Positions 11,017 through 18,396 of a stretch of DNA of 64,000 nt are shown here, piece by piece. The DNA comes from an uncultured delta proteobacterium (GTDB taxonomy: Bacteria; Myxococcota_A; Polyangia; Polyangiales; Houyiibacteriaceae): assembly GCA_963699755.1 (NCBI GenBank), contig CAVOVB010000001.1:1440001-1504000 (forward strand), read 5' to 3'. The notes beneath the pieces are model-generated. The model saw only the letters and a list, made by a program, of their open reading frames with translations, was not told the origin of the DNA and did not search any database. Position 1 is the stretch's first letter, and the number at the start of each line of letters is the position of its first letter. Made by a program: the position numbers and the translations under genes.

Positions 11017-12588
11017 TCAGCCGTTGAGCCGCCTGTACATCGCAGCGTTGTTCTTTTGGATTTCCAGGAAGGCCTTGAACAGCTCGTCATAAATCGCTCG
11101 GTTGCCGGCATCTGGCGTGTAGCGTTTTTCGATGGGGACCCGCGATGGGATGTCCTCGACCTCGAGCTTGCCGAGGCCGACGGCAGCGACGAATGCCGCG
11201 CCCCGGACGTTGGCCGAAAGGGGATCGGCGACCTGGTCGATGGGACGGTCCAGCACATCGGCGAAGATCTGGCACCAGAGCTCCGACTTCGCGCCGCCCC
11301 CGATGAATCGAATTCCCTCGAACGGCCTGCTGATGAACGACTCGACCCCGCGCATGAGCCAGCGGGTGTTGTAGGCGACGCCTTCCATGACCGCGCGCAC
11401 CATGTGAGCCCGCGTCGTTCTCAGCGAAACGTTCGAAAACGCAGCGCGCAGGTTGTGATCGGCGACCGGCGTGTGCTCACCGTAGAGCCAGGGTGTGAAG
11501 ATCAGCTTGTCGCTGCCGGCAGGCGCCTCCGCTGCGAGCTGATTGAGACGATCAAACACATTCGCAGGGGGGCCTCCCGGGTCGAGCACGTCATCCCTGC
11601 AAAGCACGTTGTCGCGCAGCCAAGTCATGCACGCCCCGGCCGTTTCCTGCTCGTTGCCAATGAAGTACCGACCTGGCAGCGCGGATGGAAGGGAGGCCAT
11701 GTTGTGAATGAGGTCGGTCTTCTTGAATGGCACGTGGCAGGTCAGCCAAGACGAGGTTCCCACGTAGAGGTGTCCATCGAAATCGCCGACGGCGCCGGAG
11801 CCGACCGCGGCCGCGGGCACGTCCGGCGTTCCTCCGACGACCTTGGTGTTCTCCTCGAGGCCTAGCTCGCCGGCAGCCCTCGGGGTCAGGGTTCCGATCA
11901 CGTCCACGGCTCGAGTGAGGTCGGGAAGCTTCTCCCTCGGGATCGTGGTCTGCGCGAGCAGCTTGTCGTCGTACTTGATGTCGTTGATGTCACGATTGTC
12001 GGTGACCCAATGGAGCGCTATCGAGTCGACAGTCGCCAGGAATTTTCCAGTGAGCCTCAGGTTCAGATAGTCCTTTGGCTCCATGAACTTGTATGCAGCA
12101 GCGTAGATTTCCGGGCGCTCGTGTCGAAGAAATAGGATGTGTGCCACCGGCTCCTTGCCGGCGAGGCTCGGGACGCCGCCCGTCTTGCGAAGCCAGCTTT
12201 CGAGCTTCCGCGCGCCATAGCCTTGAATGCGGATCAAACCGCCGGCGACTTCGGGCACGTACTTTGCGCCGCGCGAGTCGAGCCAGATCATCGCCCTACC
12301 GAGCGCGTTCCCGGCTTGGTCCACTGGCACGGTGCCTGCCCACTGCGAGGTTACCGCCACAGCGAGGATCCGCTCTCTCGGAACCAGCTCGCGGTCGGTG
12401 ATCCGACGCGTCGCAGCCGTGATCGCGCGCCACCAATCGTCCGGATCCTGCTCGGCGCCGCCGCCGTCGCTCAGAAACAGCTCGGTGGACTCGACCTCGG
12501 CGGCCAGCACTTCGCCTTCGGTCGTGACGAGCGCCACTTTCGGGCCGCTGGTGCCGAGGTCGATCGCGAGAATGCATTCCGGTTCCAT
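11017..12588 (-). CDS. FGGY-family carbohydrate kinase (xylulokinase-like)
   Basis: [38 protein letters not shown] and [16 protein letters not shown]. Confidence 0.92.
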   Translation of the reverse strand: MEPECILAIDLGTSGPKVALVTTEGEVLAAEVESTELFLSDGGGAEQDPDDWWRAITAATRRITDRELVPRERILAVAVTSQWAGTVPVDQAGNALGRAMIWLDSRGAKYVPEVAGGLIRIQGYGARKLESWLRKTGGVPSLAGKEPVAHILFLRHERPEIYAAAYKFMEPKDYLNLRLTGKFLATVDSIALHWVTDNRDINDIKYDDKLLAQTTIPREKLPDLTRAVDVIGTLTPRAAGELGLEENTKVVGGTPDVPAAAVGSGAVGDFDGHLYVGTSSWLTCHVPFKKTDLIHNMASLPSALPGRYFIGNEQETAGACMTWLRDNVLCRDDVLDPGGPPANVFDRLNQLAAEAPAGSDKLIFTPWLYGEHTPVADHNLRAAFSNVSLRTTRAHMVRAVMEGVAYNTRWLMRGVESFISRPFEGIRFIGGGAKSELWCQIFADVLDRPIDQVADPLSANVRGAAFVAAVGLGKLEVEDIPSRVPIEKRYTPDAGNRAIYDELFKAFLEIQKNNAAMYRRLNG

Positions 12589-12740
12589 GGATGTCTCCTC
12601 CGCACGCCCTAGAAGTCGTATACCTCGTTCTCTAGACCGAAGTCTTTAGGCCCCAGTCCGGGGTTCAAGTCCAAAATTGGTTGGTCGTATGATCCGTACA
12701 CGCGACCCTGCTCCGTGCTGCCTAGCCCCTGTTCTTCGGC

Positions 12741-13409
12741 TCAGTAGGCATCCATTCCTTTGGGTATATGGCCCCGAGCATAGCTCTCGGCCGCGCGCTT
12801 CCGATCTCTGTGCATGCGGCCCCGCGCGATGTAGCTCGCCCAGCTCGGCACCCTTCGTATGCGATCGCCGCTGGCAAGCGCGACGACGTACGCTTTCGCG
12901 CATTTCTCGAAGAGCTCGGCATTGAACACGAGGCGGTTCGCCGTGGTGCCGAGGCAGATCCGCTGGTCTCCGTAGATCAGGACGTTCGCGCCGCCTTCAA
13001 GCGCACCGCACAGGCGAGTGGGGCGCCCCACAGCGATGGGCCTGCCGATCACGCCGATGTGTCGAGCTTGCTCATCGAAGAGGGTTGGGATCGTGGCTCC
13101 GATGTTCGAGAGCGCCGAGGACCATGGAGTCCTCCCGACTAGAATCGCGCCCGCATCGTGGCGAGATCGATAGATCGCTGCATGCAGGCCAGCCGCTTCG
13201 TTTCCCATCGTCTCGAAAGGAACCCATCGCTGTTCGTCGCTGCCCGTCAGCAAGAGAAGGCACGCCTGATGCCCGGGTATCCTCATCGACAGAGACCCGT
13301 CAGCCTCGCCGAAAAGCGCTTTGCTGCGGAGCCTCGCTTCATCCTTGCGTAAGAGCTCGGAAATTTCGTTCATCTCGTCTGTGCTCCTCGAGCGAGCTGG
13401 TAAGCTCAT
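12741..13409 (-). CDS. Class II aldolase/adducin-like protein, degenerate metal site
   Basis: Aldolase II-like layout (SLSMRIPG, AGLHAAIYRSRHDAGAI, NAELFEKCAKAY), but the HxH and NHG histidines are absent. ATGA overlap with the upstream paralog. Confidence 0.7.
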   Translation of the reverse strand: MSLPARSRSTDEMNEISELLRKDEARLRSKALFGEADGSLSMRIPGHQACLLLLTGSDEQRWVPFETMGNEAAGLHAAIYRSRHDAGAILVGRTPWSSALSNIGATIPTLFDEQARHIGVIGRPIAVGRPTRLCGALEGGANVLIYGDQRICLGTTANRLVFNAELFEKCAKAYVVALASGDRIRRVPSWASYIARGRMHRDRKRAAESYARGHIPKGMDAY

Positions 13410-14074
13410 TTCTGAGTCTCCTCGGTTGCTTCGCCGGACACCGACCGAAGGACATCGGCTACGAGCGCGTCCACGGAGGGGCTCAGGCGCTTCGAGCTTC
13501 GTTTGGTCCGCGCCAAGAAGAAGGCTGCGCACTCGGATTCGAGGGCGGCTAGCCTGGTCATGGCCTCGCTCGCATCACTGCCCACGCAGACCACACCATG
13601 GTTGCGCATCAAGTACGCGTGGATCTCGGGCCTCACCGCTCGCGCAACCCGCATGGCCAGCAAGCCCGTCCCAGACGGCGCGTAGCCCACACAGGGGACT
13701 GTATCCCCGAGCAGAGGTCGGTGCTCAGGACCTTCAACTCTCAGAGGCTTGGCGAGGAGTGTGTATGCGCTTGCGATCGGCTGATGCGTGTGCACGCTTG
13801 CCCCACAGTCCGGACGGGCCGCGAGAACCCTAGCGTGCAGACCCGCCTCGACCGAGGCTTCGCGATCTCCTTCGACCTGCTTCCTGTCCGAGAGACGCAT
13901 GATGCAAACCTCTGCGGCAGTCATGGCGTAGTAGTCGGTTGCCGATGGTGTGACCGCGAAGCGATCCGCGTCGATGCGCAGCGCTACATTACCCCCGGTC
14001 CCAGCCAGGTAACCCCTCTCGGCCAGGTCGATGCAGATCCTCACGACCTGCTCTCTCGTCGCCTGAAACTTCAT
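13406..14074 (-). CDS. Class II aldolase/adducin family protein (FucA/MtnB-like)
   Basis: GTGGNVA, VTPS, SVEAGLH, VHTHQP and LMRNHGVV Zn-binding motifs. Confidence 0.9.
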   Translation of the reverse strand: MKFQATREQVVRICIDLAERGYLAGTGGNVALRIDADRFAVTPSATDYYAMTAAEVCIMRLSDRKQVEGDREASVEAGLHARVLAARPDCGASVHTHQPIASAYTLLAKPLRVEGPEHRPLLGDTVPCVGYAPSGTGLLAMRVARAVRPEIHAYLMRNHGVVCVGSDASEAMTRLAALESECAAFFLARTKRSSKRLSPSVDALVADVLRSVSGEATEETQK

Positions 14075-14079
14075 CGCGG

Positions 14080-14171
14080 TCGCTCCTCGCGTCCGCGTCG
14101 CCTAAACCTGAGATGCACTTACGTTTGGCGACGCTAGGAGCGATGCTTGTGTCTTGCAAGGACGAACAAGC
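14080..14171 (-). promoter_or_regulatory. Structured 5' leader; long stem pairs with the Shine-Dalgarno of the aldolase gene
   Basis: On the minus strand, TCGCTCCT-A-GCGTCGCC-AAAC pairs with GTTT-A-GGCGACGC...AGGAGCGA just before the ATG at 14074. A second hairpin, GCTTGT...ACAAGC, lies at 14145-14171. Confidence 0.5.
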
Positions 14172-14207
14172 CTTTATAGAGGCAGGCGAGCTGGATCGCT
14201 GGATTCC

Positions 14208-15218
14208 CTAGTGAGCGGCGGCTTCCACGGCCTTGAGCAGGCTCTTGCTGTAGATACCGCGCTCGGCGAGCTCTTCTCGGGCCTTCTTCGCTGCTGCGTC
14301 CCAGGCAGCCTCGTTCGCGGAGGCGTCGACTTCCGTGATGCCGCGGCCAAGGAGGGTCTGGTAGGCGCGGGCGTCGTCGCGGCCGACGATTTGGTCGAGC
14401 TTGGAAGCCGCACGCTTGGCGGTGTCGAGCAAGGTTTGCTGATCCGCCTTGCTGAGCTCGTTGAACTTCTTCTTACTGATGATCGAGCCGCCAACGATGA
14501 TGTTGAAGTTGCTCGAGCTCATGTACTTGAGCTTCGTGTACCACTGGAACGCGACTGCAGCCATGGCGGAGGCGGGCACGACCTGCAGCTTGCCTTCCTT
14601 GAGTCCGGGGAACACGCCGGACGCGCCGATTTTCACGGGAGTCGCGCCGAGGGCCTTGATATAAGCGAGCGCTACGGCGTTATCCTCGCCGGCCCAGCCG
14701 GGCTTGCCAGCGAGGTCCGCAGGCGAGCTGAACTCAGTCGAGGAGAACACCCGGTTCTTGCCGCCGTCTCCCCAGGCGAGCAGCTTGAAGCCGCCGTCTT
14801 CGATCAACTTCTGCAGCTGCGAGTCGAGCTTCTCGCGCGCCCGGTCGAGTTGCGCGTCGGTGGTGAGAAGCCCTGGAGCCGTCAGCACCTGGAGCGCGGG
14901 GGCCACCATGCTCAAGCCCGTGGTGGCGACGCCCGCCGCGTCGAGCTTGCCCGCCTTGATCCTTGATACGAGATCTCGGTCACTGCCTTCGCTGCCACCC
15001 GAAAAGACGCGAAGCTCGACTCGGCCTTCGGTGTCTTCCTGAAGCGTTCGGCTCCAGGCCTTGAGCACTTTCACGAAAGACGAGCCGGGCGGGGCCAGCG
15101 ATGCGATCCGGATTACGGTCGCCTTGCTCGTAGGTGTCTGAGAGACCGCGGAGCGCCCAGGGACAAGCAGCGCGGCGAGCGTGAGAGCGAGGATCAGGGC
15201 AAATTTGCTATGCTGCAT
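14208..15218 (-). CDS. TRAP transporter substrate-binding protein DctP (TatP-like)
   Basis: Signal peptide, IRIASLAPPGS, TEGRVELRVFSGG, GKLDAAG and LLAWGDGG. Confidence 0.85.
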   Translation of the reverse strand: MQHSKFALILALTLAALLVPGRSAVSQTPTSKATVIRIASLAPPGSSFVKVLKAWSRTLQEDTEGRVELRVFSGGSEGSDRDLVSRIKAGKLDAAGVATTGLSMVAPALQVLTAPGLLTTDAQLDRAREKLDSQLQKLIEDGGFKLLAWGDGGKNRVFSSTEFSSPADLAGKPGWAGEDNAVALAYIKALGATPVKIGASGVFPGLKEGKLQVVPASAMAAVAFQWYTKLKYMSSSNFNIIVGGSIISKKKFNELSKADQQTLLDTAKRAASKLDQIVGRDDARAYQTLLGRGITEVDASANEAAWDAAAKKAREELAERGIYSKSLLKAVEAAAH

Positions 15219-15255
15219 ATCGACTCACCGTTGGACGGCCCCAGGCCGCAGTTGT

Positions 15256-16266
15256 TCACTTTTCGGAGGCCAGCTTGGTGACCTCGGCCAGCAGGCTCTT
15301 GCTGTACACGCGGCCCGTCAGCTGCTCCCGTGTCTCTTTGGCGACGGCGTCCCATTCGGCCTTGTGCGGGCTCAAGTCGACCACTTGGATGCCTCGTTCG
15401 ACCAGGGTCCTGTACGCCTTCTCGTCATCTCTCAGGACGATCTTGTCCATGGCGCGCGCGCCGCGCTCGGCGGTGTCGAGAAGGATCTTCTGGTCGCCTG
15501 GCGTAAGCTGATCGAAGACTTCCTTCTTGATGATCGAGCCGCCGATCAAGATGTTGAAGTTCTGCTTCGCCATGTAGTTAAGCTTGGTGTACCACTGGAT
15601 CGCGACCGCCATGATACAGGAGCTGGGCACCGTGTCGATCATCCGGGTCTGCAGGCCGCCATACACCTCGTTGGCGCCAACGCGCACGGGGTTCGCGCCG
15701 ATCACGCCCAGGAAGCCCGCGAAGACGGGGTCGTCTTTCCAGGCCCAGGGTCGGCCCGACTTGAGATCACTGGGTCGCGCGAAAGGCCTGGTCGAGAATA
15801 GACGGTTCTTGCCGCCGTCGCCCCAGGTCAGCAGCTCGAATCCGACATCCCGGAACATCCCTTCGAAGCGCTCACGAAGCTCGGTCCGGACGTGAACGAG
15901 TTGATCCATCTCGGTGATGAGCCCGGGCGCGGTCAGTACCAGGATCGGGCGCACGATCATGCCCATGCCCGTGGTGGTGATCCCCGCCGAGTCGATCTGA
16001 CCGGCGCGGATCTTCCGAATGAAGTCGCGTTCGTCGCCCTGACTGCCCCCGGTATAGAATCGGAGCTCGGCGCGACCCTCGGTTTCCTGTTTGAACGTGC
16101 GGCCCCAGGCTTTGAGGATTTTACCGAACGCCGAGCTCGAGGGGGCTAGCGATGCATACCGAATCACGATGGGTCCATCCGCCGCTGCGCTCGGGACTTT
16201 GCCGCCGGGTAAGAAGAAGCTAGCGAATGCGAGACCTGTCACCAACAAGTGCTTGCAAGTGCTCAC
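15256..16266 (-). CDS. TRAP transporter substrate-binding protein DctP (TatP-like), second paralog
   Basis: IRYASLAPSSS, FYTGGSQGDERDFIRKIRAGQID and WGDGG. Start moved to GTG 16266, with AGAGGA upstream. Confidence 0.85.
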   Translation of the reverse strand: MSTCKHLLVTGLAFASFFLPGGKVPSAAADGPIVIRYASLAPSSSAFGKILKAWGRTFKQETEGRAELRFYTGGSQGDERDFIRKIRAGQIDSAGITTTGMGMIVRPILVLTAPGLITEMDQLVHVRTELRERFEGMFRDVGFELLTWGDGGKNRLFSTRPFARPSDLKSGRPWAWKDDPVFAGFLGVIGANPVRVGANEVYGGLQTRMIDTVPSSCIMAVAIQWYTKLNYMAKQNFNILIGGSIIKKEVFDQLTPGDQKILLDTAERGARAMDKIVLRDDEKAYRTLVERGIQVVDLSPHKAEWDAVAKETREQLTGRVYSKSLLAEVTKLASEK

Positions 16267-16280
16267 CCTTGATCCTCTTA

Positions 16281-16898
16281 CTACAAGCCGAGGGCGGGAA
16301 CCAATCGCCGCCTCAGGAATTCCCGGAGCTCGGCTTCGGTCCGCTCGGGCTCGGGGGCTGCCAGGAGAGAGAGGATCAAACGGAGCATGAATTCCATGGC
16401 CTCCGTGCCATCGGGCTCGTCCCAGCCCGTGGCGTCGATGATCTCGCTCAACGCGACACGGGTGAACATGATCGACGCCGGTTGGGTGAAACCCTGCAAG
16501 AGGTAGGCATCGAACGTGGCGGGCTGCCACACCTGCCGGAGGACTGGGTTCTCCCGGATGGTGCGGAGGGTGAACACGGCGGCTTCAACGATTTTGTCGC
16601 TCGGCTCATCCAAGTCTCGAATGTGCGCCTGGATGTCATTTGCAAGGCGGAGCCCAGCCTGAAGCAGGGTCGAGCGGATGAGCTCCTCCCGGCCTTTGAA
16701 GTAACGATAGACCGTCGGGCGGCTCACTCCGGCTTCGAGCGCAACGTGCGCGATGCCGGTGCCTGGGATCCCGTTACGGGCGATGCAGCGAGCTGTGACT
16801 TCGAGCAGGCGCTCGCGGGCGGCCGCCGGCTCTGGAGGGTCTCCATCCCAGGCCTCGCGCTGCTTGGCACGAGGATCTCGATCCGCGTTTCGCGTCAT
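16281..16898 (-). CDS. TetR/AcrR family transcriptional regulator
   Basis: HTH signature IAHVALEAGVSRPTVYRYF. Confidence 0.93.
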   Translation of the reverse strand: MTRNADRDPRAKQREAWDGDPPEPAAARERLLEVTARCIARNGIPGTGIAHVALEAGVSRPTVYRYFKGREELIRSTLLQAGLRLANDIQAHIRDLDEPSDKIVEAAVFTLRTIRENPVLRQVWQPATFDAYLLQGFTQPASIMFTRVALSEIIDATGWDEPDGTEAMEFMLRLILSLLAAPEPERTEAELREFLRRRLVPALGL

Positions 16899-16971
16899 TG
16901 TTCCAGTCAGGCGTCCCAGGATATCCGCCGGGGCCTCCGAGGCTAGCAGCCCCGCGAGGCTCGGGCATTGG

Positions 16972-17064
16972 TCATCCGCGCGACCAGCGGCCTGCGCCGA
17001 GCGCGCCTGCGCAGAAGAAGAGCCAGCCGGCCTTCGAGTGGAAGCCGCGAACCGAGAACCCCTC
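16972..17064 (-). pseudogene. Short relic resembling the C-terminal part of an exosortase E domain
   Basis: Intergenic minus frame reads EGFSVRGFHSKAGWLFFCAGALG, similar to the GGFHSxAGW motif of exosortase E. It has no start codon or flanking homology. Confidence 0.5.
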
Positions 17065-17068
17065 GGAA

Positions 17069-17309
17069 GTGTCTTTACATTGTATTACATGCGTATTTAG
17101 ACGTTTGCGCGCTGTCCGGTAGATCGACTACTAAGAACGAAAAAACAAAACACAGGCTCGCGTAGCAAAGCCTACAAATGTAAACACGCCGGAGCCTACC
17201 TCCCAATGCCGATGGTTCGAGGGCGCACTGTAAAGATGCTCACCTAAACTATACTTTTGCGACCTGGCTATCATTTTCTTGTTTGAAGATGATGAAAGTT
17301 TTCGTCATC
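17069..17309. promoter_or_regulatory. AT-rich divergent promoter region with operator-like inverted repeats
   Basis: GTGTCTTTACATTGTA (17069-17084) versus TACAAATGTAAACAC (17173-17187); TGTAAAGA (17229-17236); palindrome GATGATGAAA-GT-TTTCGTCATC (17288-17309). Confidence 0.55.
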
Positions 17310-17329
17310 ATTGAAAGCAGGAGAATTCT

Positions 17330-18388
17330 ATGGCTTTTCGCTCACTGTCGGTACCGGTATGTTTTCTTGTAATTCTATGGGGTTGCGGGGAGGCTTCGAG
17401 CGGGCCCCGATCTAGTGGTGGCACCGGCGGATCAGTCGGGTCTGGGGGCTCGGGCGGATCTGGAGGCACGGGCGGCACTGGGGGTACCGGCGGTGCGGTG
17501 GGTACTGGAGGCACGGGCGGCACGGGTGGTTCGGGAGGCACGGGCGGCACCGGGGGCACGGGCGGTACCGGGGGCACGGGCGGTACCGGGGGTGGGGAGG
17601 TCTGCGTCACCAGCGGGCTGTGCTTCTCCTGTCCTAGCGAAAGCGATGCGAGCTGCGACTGCAACGTAGACGAGGTTTGCGTACCGAGCGGTTGTGAGAC
17701 CTTCGGCGGAGATCCGATCATGCAATGCATGCCCGCACCAGGCGGGGCATGCATCGACAACAACGATTGTGCTGCCGAGTACGACTGCGTCGACGTTGGA
17801 TTCGGAAAGAGTCGGTGCGTCAAGCAGACCCCGGGTTGTAACAGCGGCGCTGACTGCATCCTGGGATTCTCCTGCGAGGGTGTCCCCGGCAGCTGCGTCG
17901 ATCGACGCCTGCCCTGTGACGACTACCTCGACTGTCCGAAGGGGCACGTTTGCAAGGGCCAGCCGAACTCCCAGTTCTGTCTGAGGGTGAACCAGGGCTG
18001 CGAGAGCGACGACGATTGCGCGGATCTGCCCACTCCGTGGTGCGCTGATGTCGATGGCGATGGCACCGGTGAATGCGCTGGATCTCCGTCTCCTAACGAT
18101 GTTCCTCCAGGACCCGCTTGCGTGAACTCGAGCTGCACTGGCAGCACACCGGTTTGCGAGGTAGCCGCGATATCCAGTCTGGCGACCTGCGGCCAATACG
18201 GTTTGTGTCAGGTTAGCGGCGATTGCGCTCCTGGCTTCGAGTGCGTTGGCCTCTGGCCCGACGGTCGCAAGGAGTGCGTCGAGACGGGCGGACTCTGCGC
18301 TCACGTCTCGGATTGCCCGGAGCAGCAAGTCTGCGCTTCACCACGGGCCGGGGGTCCGCCCAGCTGCCAGCGCGGTTCTGCACCCTAG
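17330..18388 (+). CDS. Cysteine-rich lipoprotein with Gly/Thr/Ser linker
   Basis: AGGAG RBS, lipobox ILWGC, (GGT)n linker and many CxxxxDCxxxxxC repeats. Confidence 0.8.
   Translation: MAFRSLSVPVCFLVILWGCGEASSGPRSSGGTGGSVGSGGSGGSGGTGGTGGTGGAVGTGGTGGTGGSGGTGGTGGTGGTGGTGGTGGGEVCVTSGLCFSCPSESDASCDCNVDEVCVPSGCETFGGDPIMQCMPAPGGACIDNNDCAAEYDCVDVGFGKSRCVKQTPGCNSGADCILGFSCEGVPGSCVDRRLPCDDYLDCPKGHVCKGQPNSQFCLRVNQGCESDDDCADLPTPWCADVDGDGTGECAGSPSPNDVPPGPACVNSSCTGSTPVCEVAAISSLATCGQYGLCQVSGDCAPGFECVGLWPDGRKECVETGGLCAHVSDCPEQQVCASPRAGGPPSCQRGSAP
17417..17596 (+). repeat. Degenerate 9-bp coding tandem repeat encoding (Gly-Gly-Thr/Ser)n
   Basis: Repeated GGCACGGGC / GGTACCGGG units. Confidence 0.85.
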
Positions 18389-18396
18389 GAGGCAAC

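Noticed and set aside
12655..12680. GGTTCAAGTCC resembling a tRNA T-loop
   Set aside because: No T-stem closure, D-arm, anticodon arm or acceptor stem around it.
17150..17200. GCAAAGCC motif reminiscent of a c-di-GMP-I riboswitch
   Set aside because: The GGCAAAC P2 start and the GNRA tetraloop/receptor are missing; only a short AGGCT/AGCCT stem is present.
17417..17596. Tandem repeats considered as a CRISPR array
   Set aside because: These are 9-bp in-frame coding repeats with no spacers and no cas genes.
17308..17859. Pro-rich minus-strand ORF with (PPV)n
   Set aside because: It is the antisense shadow of the (GGT)n linker of the lipoprotein, which has the RBS and lipobox.
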